The notes under the pieces were generated by a model. That model made no database searches and had not been told where the DNA came from. It saw only the letters and a list, made by a program, of their open reading frames with translations. A DNA stretch of 64,000 nucleotides from Mobula hypostoma (lineage: Eukaryota): assembly GCF_963921235.1 (NCBI RefSeq), contig NC_086097.1, positions 185,072,001 to 185,136,000 on the forward strand, in the 5' to 3' direction. Shown here piece by piece: positions 22,925-36,660 of the stretch. The position numbers and the translations under genes are program-made. How positions within the stretch are numbered: the first letter of the stretch is position 1; each line of letters opens with the position of its first letter.

Positions 22925-23850
22925 AAAGAATACGTTCCAAGACCTTGACCTCAAACCCTCCTTGTGCAATTAGATCCTTGATTTCCTCACTTGCAAATCC
23001 CAATTAGTGTGTATTGGCAACAACATCTCCTCCATGAACTCCATCAGCACAGGTGCATAACAAGGCTGTGTGTTTAAACCCCTGCTCTACTTGCTTTACA
23101 CTTATGACTAAACTCAGCTCCAACCCTTTATTCAAGTTTGCTGATGACACAAATATGTAGGCCAAATCAAAGGTGGCAATGAATCAGCATGTAGGAGGGA
23201 GATTGAAAATCTGGCTGAGTGGTGGATTAGTAACCTTTTACTCAATGTCAGGTGTAGTGGATACTATATTGACAGGCTGCAGTACAGCCTGGTATAGAAA
23301 CACCAATACACAACCAGAAAATCCTACAAAAGTAGTGGATATGGCCCAGTCCATCATGCGTAAAGCTGTCCGCACCATTGAGTACATCTACATGAAGCAG
23401 CATCCATCGTCAGGGACTCCCACCACCCAGGACACACTCTCTTCTTGCTGTTGCCATTAGGAAGAAGGTACAGGAGCCTCAAGACTCACACCACCAGATT
23501 CAAGGATAGTTTACCCCTCGACCATCAAGCTCTTGAACCAAAGGGGATAACTTCACTCGCCTCATCATTGAAATATTCCTCCAACTAATGGAATCATATT
23601 CAATGATTTTCTCTCATGTTCTCCATATTTATTGCTTATTTATTTATTGTTATTATTATTTCTTTCTTTTTATACTTGCACTGTTTGTTGTCTTCTCCTC
23701 TCTGGATGAATGCCTTATTTGGGTGGTCTTTCATTTATTCTGCTATGGTTATTACTCTATAGATTTATTGAGTATGTCCACAAGAAAATGAATCTCAGGG
23801 TTGATTATGGTGACATATATATGTTTAGATAATAAATTTACTTTGAAATT
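22925..23850 (+). mobile_element. Rex1/Babar LINE fragment, internally deleted
   Basis: tgcaattagatccttgatttcctcac, aagtttgctgatgacaca (KFADDT), ILTGCSTAWY; tail gataataaatttactttgaa. Confidence 0.82.
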
Positions 23851-23851
23851 T

Positions 23852-24100
23852 TGAGCTTTACTTCATCCACCAATCACGTCCCAGCTTTGTATTTCATTCC
23901 CCCTCACCAACCCACTCACCTACTCCTTGCTTGGTTTCACCTATCATCTGCTAGCTTGTACTCCACTCCTCGCCACACCATCCTATTCTGGCTTCTGCCC
24001 TCTTACTTTCTAGTCCTGATGAAGGGCCTTGGTCCAAAATGTTGAATGTTCATTCCTCTTCATAGATGCTGCCTGATTTGTGGAGATCCTCCAGAACTTT
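23852..24100 (+). mobile_element. Penelope 3' tail with decayed hammerhead
   Basis: tagtcctgatgaagggccttggtccaaaatgttga...catagatgctgcctga. Confidence 0.7.
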
Positions 24101-25004
24101 CTGTTGGGAAAGAAATTATTTTCCCTTTTGCCATTTGATGCGCAAGGCATTCTTGCTATCATTTAATCATGCTTTTGAGACAATTTTACTAAACAAATGT
24201 TCATTTAAGATTTGAAAAATGGTAAGATTGTTATCATGAAACTGTAATCACTGCTTCTAGAACAGTATCAGTAAATTATTAGTTGCGATGTGAGTGGCTA
24301 CAAAGAGGACTCATTAGACTGAGAAAAACGACATAAAATGAAATTTCCATAATCTTACCTTAAACATAGAATCGTCAATGGAAACAATCTTTAAAATATA
24401 GATACACCTACCTCATCTCCTTTGGTGATCAGAATTACCTAAGACACTCATCTTAAATGAATCAGAGGCTCATATGTCTGTTTATTTGCTAAATGACACT
24501 GGTTCACTTCTATTAATAGAACCTTTACTGTAACAAATCCTAAGAGTTTAAGCAGTGCATGAGATAATAAAAAATAGAAAAAATTAGCCAAATTGCCTCT
24601 TAAATTTTCTCTGCCATTGAATAAGACAATGCTTGATCCTGTTCATTTTTTCATCCAATCAACCCATTTTCCGACTGTTTTAGTGCCCAAACACAGAATC
24701 ACCTCATCCCCTGCCTCCTTTAATGCCCCAAACACATTCAGGTTTCAACCTTTAGAGTTTTGTTTAACAACGCTCAAATCCAACAACATACAGCTTTCCA
24801 CATTAAGAATTGCCTTTTATCTCAGTCTTTAATGGCCATGATCTTCTCCTGAGACTTTGCAGGTAGTGGAAACAATCTCTCAACATCCACGCCTATCAAG
24901 CAAGTTAGATATATAACACACTATCATCCTATCTAAGCTACTCCTGCGAGGTATTAATAGCCATGGACCACATATGGTCTCTGTGGCACCCCATTATAAA
25001 CAGG

Positions 25005-25530
25005 CCACTGTTGAAGGGTCTCGGCCCGAAACGTCAACTGTCACCCGGTGCGGACATGGCGCAAGTGTGGAGTGACAGACACTGAAGCAGGTCGATAGTT
25101 CACAGATTTTAATACGAACAGTGTTAAAGGGAAAACAATAAACACTAGGCCAGACAGGGCTGTTAACTAAAACTCTCAAATGGAAAATGAATCCTACACT
25201 GCGGCTGAAAAGAACAACAAAGAATAAAACGAACACCACTAGTCTTCAGAGTCAGTTGACTCAACAGTCCAATTTCTCAGGCAAGGCAGAATGCAAAACA
25301 GGCAGCGAAGTGTTACTGTGTCCAAGTCTCGACAAATAGTACAATGGAATGAACGGAGTTAAATACTATCATAATGAAATAATAATTAGCCTTGAGACAT
25401 GCACATTCGCGAGCGCAGTTGCTGTATCTGCTGCACTGCTGAACCCATGGTTGTGGCAGCCATGTGTTTACTCTTTCCCATAGATGCTGCCCGGGCTGCT
25501 GAGCCCCCCACCCCAGCATTTTGTGTGTGC
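25005..25530 (+). mobile_element. Penelope pLTR interrupted by a solo LTR
   Basis: ctgttgaagggtctcggcccgaaacgtcaac before, and ccatagatgctgcccgggctgctgag...cagcattttgtgtgtg after, the LTR. Confidence 0.7.
25039..25458 (-). mobile_element. Solo LTR, same family as 5715-6140
   Basis: TGTCAC...GTGGCA termini; colinear similarity to 5715-6140 (acactgaagcaggtcgatagttcacaga; ctagtcttcagagtcagttga); no clear TSD. Confidence 0.85.
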
Positions 25531-28500
25531 AGCATGCCTCATGTTTTTTTCTCTCTTTCTCCTTTCCACAGAGACTGCTCTGGATTGTAGCAAATCTTGG
25601 AAGATAGTCATTAACCCATCTGCAGTTTCTACTACTATAACTTTCAGAAACCTGAGCAGCCTAAAATGTCGAAGGGATTAGTTTTGGTTTAACCTCGTAA
25701 GTATTCCAGAACCTCCCTTTAGAGATATAATTGCTTTAAGTACATACTGTAACAAACTTATACCAACCATGTTCTCTACTCTGCATGTTTAATAGATGTA
25801 TATTGTCAAGGTGCTAGGTTGTGCAAATACAAATTCATTTTAAAACACCATCACCAATAACTTTAAACTTGTCAAGTAAAACAGTAGATATAACATAGTA
25901 TCAATTTAAATCCATATAACTTTGATGTAAATATATTTCCATAGTAATCTGACAGGCATATAAAGATACCAATGGCAAATTGTGGAGTTGCTTCAAGAGG
26001 TAATTCAAATTGTGCGGGAGGACAAATGAAAAAATGGAGCACTTTAGATAGCATTGTGGCTTCCAGAGAAAATGAGGAATTTAAATGTATACATGTGAAT
26101 TCTAACTTAGGAGAAGGGAAGGAACTGCAGGTTCATTGAGATGGATGATGTTGCTATGGAGGAAACCGGAATTCTTTACAACGTCCTATGAAACCTTGGA
26201 AATGATGCTTCTGGGATTAAAGATTCTCCTATTTTCATCAGTAGCTTGGTCTTGCTTGAACAGATATGAGTAAAATCAAACAAAAGAGGGAGATGATGTG
26301 GTTATACATTTTCTATTCTGTCAAAGAATTAAAGGAATATGTTGAAATCAATTGTCTTGCTCCTATTACCTAAGAGTGTCATTCATAGCTATTCATATAA
26401 GATGGAATCCTGTCTGAAGATATTCAAAGACGTGTGAGAAATGGAATGAGATCTGAAAGGTGCCAATACATTCAAGTAATTCAAAGAAACGAGAGCATTG
26501 TATCTCTAGTGATAGCATATTTTGGGTGATGGCTGTTTTGAAAGATGTTAAGAGAGGAAATTTACATCCTGAATTCACAATGTACTAGAAAAGGATCTTT
26601 CATGCACATGAGATCAAATGGGCAAAAAGAAGATTAATATCTAAGATGAGCTTAAAGATGTTTGAAATTGTGCAGCAAAAGCAGACAGCAGAAGAGAAAA
26701 TTAGAAAATCTGTCTTTGATCAGGGTGTTCTAGATGGTCAGCTATGGTAACACATAATTGTCTAATTACACCTGATAATGATACAAGTAAGCTTGTGGGC
26801 ATTCTCTTTGGAGATACCAGTTTAAATCCTACTATGGTAACCAAGGAATTTATGTTCATATTATTAAACAAATCCGAAAGTTAATTAAAAACTAGCTCTC
26901 GTAGCAATAACCATATAACCATGATTTTAAAAAAAATCTAGTTCACTTCTTTCTTTAGTAAAGGAAGTCTCTCTTCTTTACCTGGTCTGGTTGATATGTG
27001 ACTCTAGAATCAACTTGATTCATTCCTAACTCTCCCCTTAAGGTCAAGTAATGATGAAAAATAAATGCTGGCACCATCAGTGATGTTCCCATCTTGTGCA
27101 CGATTGAATCAATAAAAATAAATCCTCCGTAAATCTGCCTATTTGCCTTGCACTGGAGAGAGATGATAAAACTTCAATCCGCTTTACTCCAGTTTATATC
27201 AATTGGGAGTTTTCTCTTGAATCAAATAAATAGTTTTTCAAATAATAAATTCAAAGTGCAGAGTGATAGAGAAAAAAATACTTGCAAAGCTGCTTTTAAT
27301 TTGATGCAAGCATCTGAACACTGACAAGGGCACACTATGAGGGCAGACACTTCCCATGAATCTGGTGGGAACAGCTTTGCAATATAAGCTGGCGGTGTGT
27401 CCTTTAATGAATCATTCCATCACTCACTTGACAAAGAACTAATTTTCTCTTCCTCTCCATCTTAGTTATTTGTTCAATTTCTCATGCAGTTATACAATGA
27501 AGGTTGCTATTTTTTTAGTCTTTTTGCTTATTTTCCTGTCGACTGGAAGTAGACAGGAAGAGGATTGTGTACTGACTCCAAACCAGTAAACAAGTGTTGA
27601 CAAGCAAGATACTGGGTGAATTTGTGATTAATGATAACTCCATCGCTCTCAGCACCACTTTGCTTCTATCAGATGGTTTCAACATCTTACCTTCAGAGGG
27701 AAAATCTCATCAAAAGGAAATAAGTGAATTAACTGAGAAATCCACTTTCCCAGGTTACCAACCATGTGGTGGGTTGCAATTTGCCATCATATGCTTGGAC
27801 CTTGATTAAGGTTTGGACTATGTTCAATAGTAAAAGTATCAATAACCTAGTAATATTGACACTTCTGGTACACAACTGAGAAGCACTGATTTGAATATAA
27901 TAAACACTTGCAGATGACCATTGTGCCAAACTACATTCAGATGTCAAAAGGTATGAGTTTATGCCAAAATTGATACAATTCTCCATACATAACATTGTCA
28001 CTAAGAAGGATTACCTTCTTAAGTAACATCAGGTGATCTGAGCTAATTTGGCAGAATCCATTGTGTCAGTTCCCTACTCATTTTTGGCCCTGTAATAATC
28101 ATCCTAATCATGTTATGCCTAGACATGATGAAGGACAAGGCGTAGACTTCCATATCAAGATGACGTGTGACTTTGAAGTCAACCTGCAGGTGGCAATGTG
28201 CACATGCATCTGCTACACTTGTCCACGGTGGTTGAGACTGTTGGTTAGGGATGAGCTGTCGGAATAGTCCAGCCACATGACTGACTTTGTAATTGATATA
28301 CCTCTCATTCGCTGTATGTTGGTGGTGCAAGGAATGAATGCTTCACAGGGTGACAGCCAAGCAGACTTTTGAGCTTTTGTTTTGCAGAGAGGGAAGAATA
28401 AGGACCGTAGGCGATCAAAAATGCAGCTCTAATTTTTTTTAGGTGGCAGGATAAATTCAGCCCGACCAATGTCACTTTACATAGCTTCAGAATGAACCTT

Positions 28501-30129
28501 TGAAAATAAATGTACCTTGTTGGGTGTGGTATAATATTGTCATTGACATTAATGTCATCATAATACAGCCCTCTGAAGCTGAGAGGGCGATAAAGACAAT
28601 CCACATTGGAATAAAAAAAAGCTGTGTTTCACAGTGGCTTTCGTGATATACAAGCATCAGCCTTAGTTTTCCTCATGTTGCAGGAGAATAACTTGAACCC
28701 TCAACTATTAGAATCAGAGGGACAATTGTTACCAACTGAGCAATAGCTGTTCAGAAAGGAGAGGAGATGGGGGGTTACAGCAACTTTAGAAGGATAAGTG
28801 CTTTCTGTAAATAAATATCCTCTCATTTTAACTGCCTCTAGTTTTCTATGGTCTTTCATAAATTGCCAAAAAATAGGGGTCACACTCACACAAATCATCA
28901 TCCAGCTCCACTAAATTAAAAACATTCACAGAATTGAACTCTGCAAACTGTGTAGCTAAACATTTTTTGGCTTCCCAGAATACTACTAAACAAAACACTT
29001 TTTTTTAGAGATTTTGTTCCAAAGAGAATACAAGTATGAGGTGAGTATGAACTCCCCTGATGACTTTTTGCTCTCCACGTCAGAATGCTAGCCATCATGG
29101 TGCAGGAACTAGCTAAAATCATGACTTCTTAACTGACAAGTTCATTTTCCTAGCTTGCTAGCAGTATTCAAATGAAGTGCAAATATAAATTTAGTTCAGG
29201 CCTCCTGCCATTAGGAACAGCCAGGTCTAATAATCACTTGGTTGTTCTGGGGAAGTATTCAACATAGTCTGCAAGTTAAGTGTCGCAGACTTTGGATCCC
29301 AAGCTCCTTAGCTGATCATCAATTTTTCTCCAGTATAGGAATGGCACTCTTCCCATGCCATTCACAGGACTTCATGGTCATTGTTGCCAGATGTTCTACC
29401 CAATAAAGAATTCCTTGCATTCACTAGTTCTTTCTCAGTGACTTTCTATGATTTATGTTTGTGAAGTTGTGCAAAGCTTGAGGATTTGCATTAGCCTGGC
29501 TGTTCAGCCAAATTGCGAGCCGTTCCAATTAATCTTTTAGGTTTCAGACCAACTTTACTATGTAGTTCTTACATCCATCCATAATGAAGTGTTTGATAAT
29601 TAGTGCTTGCTCTTTACTACTTTAAATATACATGGAGTGATGCAATGACCGCCTCATCCTAAGGTGAGTTTAAAGCCCTGCTGCCTTCTGATTGGCTTTT
29701 TAGAAGGAAACAAGTGAGAGACCAAAAGAGGGAGAGAGTTCTCACAGTGGCTTCCAATAAATATGGTGCATTATTGTTCCCAAATGCTCCCTTGGTGAAG
29801 GTCACGTTTTTACCCATCCAAATAATAATGCAGAGTACAAAAGCAAATACTCCCTCATTCTGCAGAATAAACAGTGAAACTCTGAAGTTGCCAAAGTTCT
29901 TCCATACTATGTAGATTGCACAATGTTTCTCTTTATTTCAGATTATTGTATTTTCATGCAAATTCCTTGAGAACCCATATTTTCTGTACTTTACCTTACT
30001 CTATAATGCCTACACTAGCACTTCATTCCAAGTGTATGTCCAGTATCTTTGTTTAAATTACTGTGAGATCAACTTATCATTTTCTTCAGGCAATTTATTG
30101 CAAATCATTAGAATTTGCTACTGGCAACT

Positions 30130-30245
30130 TCCCCCTTCCTTTCCAATCCTGATGAAGGGTCTTGGCCAAAAATGTAAACTCTTTGGTAATTTCCATAGAT
30201 GCTGCCTGACCTGCTGAGATCCTCTGGCATTTGGTGTGTGTGTTT
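30130..30245 (+). mobile_element. Penelope tail, decayed hammerhead
   Basis: cctgatgaagggtcttggccaaaaatgt...ccatagatgctgcctgacctgctgag. Confidence 0.7.
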
Positions 30246-30482
30246 TGTGTGAAAATGTTCTTCTCCTTCTCCCGAGTTTCTGTGCTAATGATTTTAGTTC
30301 TGCTTGCTCTCACTGCCAACCTTCTAGTCAACGTAACACCCAGGCACTAGTTACTGAATCAAAACCACTCAGAAGGTTTGCTTATCCTTCTCCTGGAGGG
30401 ACATTTACCAAGAATCACGGTTCATGAGAGCTCTTCCTGATGATGTCAGTCTATTTCTTCCTTATTTGTTCTTGCTGCCTGG

Positions 30483-32220
30483 CAAACATAGAAAACCTAC
30501 AGCACAATACAGGCCCTTTGGTCCACAAATCTGTGCCGAACATGTCCTTACCTTAGAACCACCTAGGCTTACCCATAGCCCTCTATATTTCTAAGGTCTA
30601 TGTACCTATCCAGGAGTCTCTTAAAAGACCCTATCATTCCCACCTCCACCACTGCTGCTGGCAGCCCATTCCATGCACTCACCATGCTCTGTATAAAAAA
30701 TTTACCCCTGACATCGCCTCTGTATCTACCTCCAAGCACCTTAAAACTATGTCCTCTCATGCTAGCCATTTCAGCCCTGGGAAAAAGCCTCTGATTATCT
30801 ACATGATCAATGCCTCTCATCATCTTCTACACCTCGATCAGGTCACCTCTCATCCTCCGTCACTCCAAGGAGAAAAGGCCAAGTTCACTCAACCTATTCT
30901 CATATGGTATGCTCCCTAATCCAGGCAACATCCTTGTAAATCTCCTCTGTATAGTTTCCACATCCTTCCTGTAGTGAGGCGACCAGAACTGAGCACAGTA
31001 CTCCAAGTGGGGTCTGACCAGGGTCCTATATAGCTGCAACATTACCTCTCAGCTCTTAAACTCAATCCCACGGTTGATGAAGGCCAATGCACTGTATGCC
31101 TTCTTAAACACAGAGTCAACCTGCGTAGCAGCTTTGAGTGTCCTATGGACTTGGACCCCAAGATCCCTCTGATCCTCCACACTGCCAGGAGTCTTAACAT
31201 TAATGCTATATTCTACCATCATATTTGACGTACCAAAATGAACTACCTCACCCTTATCTGGGTTGAACTCCACCTGCCACTTCTCAGCCCAGTTTTGCAT
31301 CCTATCAATGACCCGCTATAACCTCTGACAGCCCTCTACACTATACTGTACACAACACCCCAACCTTTGTGTCATCAGCAAATTTACTAACCCATCCCCC
31401 CACTTCCTCATCCGGGTCATTTATAAAAAATCACGAAGAGAAGGGGTTCCAGAACAGATTCCTGAGGCACACCACTGGTCACTGACTTCCATGCAGAATA
31501 TTACCTGTCCACAACCACCCTTTGCCTTCTGTGGGCAAGCCAGTTCTGGATCCACAAAGCAATGTCCCCTTGGATCCCATGCCTCCTTACTTTCTCAATA
31601 AGCCTTGCATGGGGTACCTTATCAAATGCCTTGCTGAAATCCATATACGCTACATCTACTGCTCTTCCTTCATCAATGTGTTTAGTCACATCCTCAAAAA
31701 ATTCACTCAGGCTTATAAGGCACGAACTGCCTTTGACAAAGCCATGCTGAGTATTCCTATTCATATTATGCCTCTCCAAATGTTCATAAATCCTGCCTCT
31801 TAGAATCTTCTCCATCAACTTACCAACCACTGAAGTAAGACTCACTGGTCTATAATTTCCTGGGCTATCTCTACTCCCTTTCTTGAATAAGGGAACAACA
31901 TTCGAAACCCTCCAATCCTCCAGAACCTCTCCCATCCTCATTGATAATGCAAAGATCATCGCCAGAGGCTCAGCAATCTTCTCTCTCACTTCTCAGAGTA
32001 GCCTGGGGTACATCCCGTCCAGTCCCGGTGAATTATCCAACTTGATGCTTTCCAAAATCTCCAGCACATCCTCTTCCTTAACATCTACATACTCAAGCTT
32101 TTCAATCCACTGCAAGTCATCCCTACAATCACCAAGATCATTTTCTGTAGTGAATACTGAAGCAAAATATTCATTAAGTACCTCTGCTATCTCCTCCGGT
32201 TCCATGCACACTTTTCCACT
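30483..32220 (-). mobile_element. CR1 LINE ORF2 fragment + 3' UTR
   Basis: Minus peptides [65 protein letters not shown]; aacatagaaa tail. Confidence 0.95.
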
Positions 32221-32476
32221 GAAAATGAAAAAACATTTTAAATTTCCCTTCATTTATCAGTAATAAATTAATACGTAACTTATTCCTGCTGTTAAAAATA
32301 AACATAGGAGAATTCCAGGAAAATCCAGCAGGCTAAATGTAGGAGGGAATGAGTCCAACTCATCTGATAAAATCATGCCCCACTATTTAGCCAGGCTATT
32401 GACCCAAACTACTTCTTTCCCCATACTGCACAGTTCGGCCCAGCAGCCGGACTAAGCAAACTTTTTTCTGCTGCAG

Positions 32477-32494
32477 ATCGCCTCCAACAGAACT
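32477..32494 (+). other. Candidate 18-nt microexon
   Basis: cttttttctgctgcag|ATCGCCTCCAACAGAACT|gtaagt; length a multiple of 3 and no stop in any frame. Confidence 0.35.
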
Positions 32495-32867
32495 GTAAGT
32501 TTTCAATCAATGAGTCTTGGGTCTCATTGCCTCCTTTCTCCTGCTCCCTCTAGTCATTTTTTCCCTTCATTTTTTTGCAAATACCACATTTTTACAAGTT
32601 ACAGCTGTGGTGTGTGTTGCGTGGGTCAATATTAGGGCTGGAGCTCGTAGGTCACAGCTGTGTAACTAAGTGCTGGCAGCTGTGGAAAATTGCATTGGAT
32701 AATTTTAGAGGGCACACCAATTTCCTTAAAAGGCAACATTTGGACAAAAAACTATGCCTGATTGCTGCACAATGATTGGATTGAAGATCATAATCCTCTG
32801 ACAACTTTTAAAACTAGCACCACCCAAAGTAATGTTTTAAAGCTCTGATTTCAGAGAAAATACATTT

Positions 32868-33180
32868 GTTATTGAATTGAATTAACTTTATTACTTACAT
32901 CCTTCATATACATGAGAAGTAAAATTCTTTACGTTACATGTCCGTTTAAATGTACAATTTATAGTAATTTATAATAAATAGTATGTACAACAGGACAGTC
33001 AATATAACATTGAAATAGAATTGTATCAGCATGAATTAATCAGTCTGATGGCCTGGTGGACGAAGTTGTCCCGGAGCCTGTTGGTCCTGGTTTGTTTGCT
33101 GCAGTACTGTTTCGCAGATTGTAGCAGCTGGAACAGTTTGTGGTTGGGATGACTCAGGTCCCCAGTGATCCTTTGGGATC
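32868..33180 (-). mobile_element. Rex1/Babar 3' end
   Basis: (attga)n tail; antisense of RLRDNFVHQAIRLIN. Confidence 0.75.
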
Positions 33181-33277
33181 ATGAAACTCCATTCACAATT
33201 TGTCTTTAAGATTAAAATGAAGACTTTAAATTGAACAATTTTTATAAATATTCTGATACACAGCTTCGTAAGCAGAA

Positions 33278-35155
33278 CTGAGGAGGAGGGGTGGAGTTAC
33301 TTGTCAGGGAAAACGTCACGGCAGTGCTCAGTCAAGACAGACGGTAGAATTTGTCTAGTGAGGCATTAAGGGTGGAACTGAGTAATAAGAAAGGTACAAT
33401 CATATTAATGGAGCTATATTACAGACCATCCAACAGTCCGAGAGGTTTAGAGGAACAAATTTGTACAGAGATCACAGATTGTTGCAAGAAACATAAGGTT
33501 ATGATAGTAGGTGATTTTAAATTCCCACTCATTGACTGGAACTCCCATTCTGTAAAAGGACTAAATGGGATAGACTTTGTCAAATGTGTTCAGGAAACTT
33601 TCCTTAATCTGTACATAGAAATCCCAACGAGGGAGTGTGCAATAGTTGATCTGCTACTAGGGAACGAGACAGTCAGGTGAGAGAAGTTTGTGTAGGGGAA
33701 CATTTGGCATCTAGTGATCACAATGCCATCAGTTTCAAAGTGAGTGTGCAAAAAGATAGGTCTGGTCTGTGGTTTGAGATTCTAAATTGGAGAAAGGTCA
33801 ATTACGAAGGTATCAGAAAGGATCTGGGAAGTGTGGATTCAGACAGGCTGTTTTCTGGCAAAGGTGTATTTGGTAAGTGGGAGGCCTTCAAAAGTGAAAT
33901 TTTGAGAGTACAAAACTTGTATGTGCCTGTCAGAATAAAAGGTAAAGATAACGTGTAGGGAACCTTGATTTTCAGAAATATTGAAGCCCTAGTTAAGAGA
34001 AAAGCCCTAGTTGAAGTGCATAGTAGATAGGAACAAATTAGGTGCTTATATAGTGTAAGAAATGCAAGAGAACACTTAAGATAGAAATCAGGAGGGCTAA
34101 AAGAAGGCATGAGGTTGTCTTAGCAGACAAGGTGAACGAGAATCCCAAGGGATTTTATATATATGTTAAGAGCAAAAGGATTGCAAGCGACAAAATTGGT
34201 TCTCTGGAAGATCAGAATGGTAATCCATGTATGGAGCCAAAAGAGATTGAGAAGAGCTTAAGTAATATTTTTACATCTGTATTTACTCAGGAGATGGACA
34301 CAACCTATAGAAGTGAGGCGAATGCAAAGCGGGATCAACTTCATGGACCCTATACAGATTACAGAAGAGGTGGTGTTTGCTGTCCTGAGGCAAAACAGAG
34401 TGGATGAATCCTCAGGGTCTGATAAGATGTTCCATTGGACCCTACGGGAGGCAAGTGCAGCGATTGCTGGGGCCCTAGCAGCGATATTTAAATCATCCTT
34501 AGTGACAGGTGAGGTACCAGAGGATTGGAGGGCAGCCAGTGTTGTTCCACTGTTTAAGAATGGCTCTAAAAATAAGCTAGGAAATCGTAGACCAGTAAGC
34601 CTGACATCAGTAGTGGGAAAGTTAATGGAAGGTATTCTCAGGGACTGGATACATAAATATTTGGCTAGACATGGAATGATTAAGGATAGTCAATATTGCT
34701 TTGTGCATGGTATATCATGTCTAACCAATCTTACAGATCTCTTTTGAGGAAGTAACCAGGAAGGTGAACGAAGGCAAAGCAGTCGATGTTGTTTATATGG
34801 ACTTTAACAAGCTAAGGTCCTTGACATGGTCCTGAATGGGAGGTTGGTCAAGAAGGTTCAGTTGCTTGGCATTCAAGATGAGGTTGTAAATTGGATTAGA
34901 CATTGGCTATGTGGGAGAAGTAGATGGTTGCCTTCTGAATGGAGACCTGTGATTACCACAGGGATCGATGCTGCCATCACAAGTGATGCAGGTGAGCTTG
35001 ATTTCAACATTTAAGAGAAATTTGGATAGGTACATGGACGGTAAGGGTATGGAGGGCTATGATCCCGGTGCAGGTAGATGGGACTAGGCAGTTTAAATGA
35101 TTCAGCATGGACAAGAAGGGTCTTTTTCTGTGCTGTAGAGTTCTATGACTCTATG
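33278..35155 (+). mobile_element. CR1 LINE ORF2 (APE endonuclease to RT, large internal deletion) + 3' tail
   Basis: YYRPSNS, IVGDFKFPLIDW, PTRECAIVDLLLGN, SSDHNAISF, EDWRAASVVPLFK, RPVSLTSVVGKLME; tail tctatgactctatg. Confidence 0.93.
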
Positions 35156-35359
35156 AATACTATAACTGCATAGGAAAGTCATTTACTTCACATTTTGAAT
35201 GATGATTGATTGAACTGGAGGTCGAGAAACTTGCAGTTTAAAAAGTCTTTACACGAAAGTGGATTTTAAAATTGTTATTCATATCTATGACCAATGTTTT
35301 CACTGTAATATTGGTCCATCTTTCACTTAATCTCTACCAAAATTCAGTTATCGCAATCG

Positions 35360-36660
35360 ATAACAAGCACAAGAAATTCAGCAGATCTTTGGAATCTAAA
35401 GCAACGCACACAAAACTCTGGAAGAACTCAGCAGGTCAAGCGGCATCTATGGAAATGAATGAACAATCGCTGTTTTGGGCCAAGGCCTTCCTTCAGTACT
35501 GGAAAGCAAGGGGAAAGATGCCAGAATAAAAAGATAGAAGGAGGGGAAGGAGGATAGCTAAAAGGTGAAGCCAGGTGGGTGGAAAGATAAAGGGCTGGAC
35601 AGGAAGGAATCTGAAAGCAGAGGAAAGTGCACCATAGATAATGTGAAGGAGGAGGGGACCAGAAGGAGGTGACAGGCGGGTAAGAAAAGGTAAGAGGCCA
35701 GAGTGGGGAATAGAAAAAGAGGGGAGTGCAAGTTATTGTGATAGATGTAAAACTGAAACAGCTACACTGACACACATGTTTTGGTCCTGTTCTATACTGG
35801 AACAGTTCTAGAAGTCAGTTTTTTCTACAATTTCTAAAGCACTTAAAATTAATTTACAACCTAACAAATTGACTGTGCTTTTTGGAATAATTCCTCAAAA
35901 TATCCGCGGTATCTCTTTGTCTGACCAACAGATTATTGCATTTGTTACATTGATTGCTAGGAGGGCCATTTTGTTGAGGTGGAAGGATAAATCGGCTCCC
36001 ATTTTGTCACAATGGTTCTCTCAAGTGATGCTACATCTTAGTTTGGAGAAAATTAGAAGTCAAATTTTTGAACCTATGTTTGATTTTGAGAAAAGATGGG
36101 GTTCATTTGCTCGTTACTATCATTTGAGTTAATTGATAGATTTGCTCCACGATTTAATTGTAAATTTTTGGTACATTTTATTTTCTTGCTGGCGGCTTGA
36201 TGTTTATCTTTGGAAACTTTTTGTATGACGCATGGCTCCGGGGTTGAACACGTAATGGGTTTTTTTTCTCACTTTTCCTTGCTTAGTAGGGTTTTTTCCT
36301 CTTTTTTTGTCACCAAAATTTTTTCAATCTTTAAAACAATGTTTTTTTTCTTGACACATTGTAAGTGTTGCCTACTTCGATGTACTCTTGTCAATTTTGG
36401 ATAATAATAATAAAAAGATTTGTAAAGTAAAAAAAAAGAGAGGAGTGGAAGGGAATTCTTTTACCAGAGGAAGAAATCAATGTTCATGCCATCAGGTTGG
36501 AAGCTACCCAGATGGAATATAAGGTATTGCTCCTCCAACCTGAGTGTGGCTTCATCATGGCAGTAGAGGAGGCCGTGGATAGACATGTTGGAATGGGAAT
36601 GAAATGGGCTGTTACAAGGAAATCCCACATTTTCAGGTAGGTGGAGCAGAGGATTTTTGT
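35360..36660 (-). mobile_element. Penelope-like element 3' part, interrupted by an L1 fragment
   Basis: pLTR tail at 35360-35500; GIY-YIG C-terminal coding (antisense of LEEQYLIFHLGSFQPDGMNIDF) at 36470-36600. Confidence 0.82.
35733..36432 (+). mobile_element. L1-clade LINE 3' end
   Basis: THMFWSC, VLFGIIPQ...IARRAILLRWK...LSLEKIR; A-rich tail; ~19-bp imperfect TSD aaaaagaggggagtgcaag / aaaaagagaggagtggaag (35714-35732, 36433-36451). Confidence 0.9.

Noticed and set aside
24360..24389. Possible 30-nt minus-strand exon (IVSIDDSMFK) with GTAAGA donor
   Set aside because: Weak AAG acceptor, poor pyrimidine tract and unrecognised peptide; likely chance
29540..29663. AG...GTGAGT-bounded plus-strand exon
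   Set aside because: Stop codons in all three frames; no support for a non-coding exon
32598..32668. Hairpin gttacagctgtg...cacagctgtgtaac as a pre-miRNA
   Set aside because: Stem is short, depends on palindromic CAGCTG sites, and the interior pairs poorly
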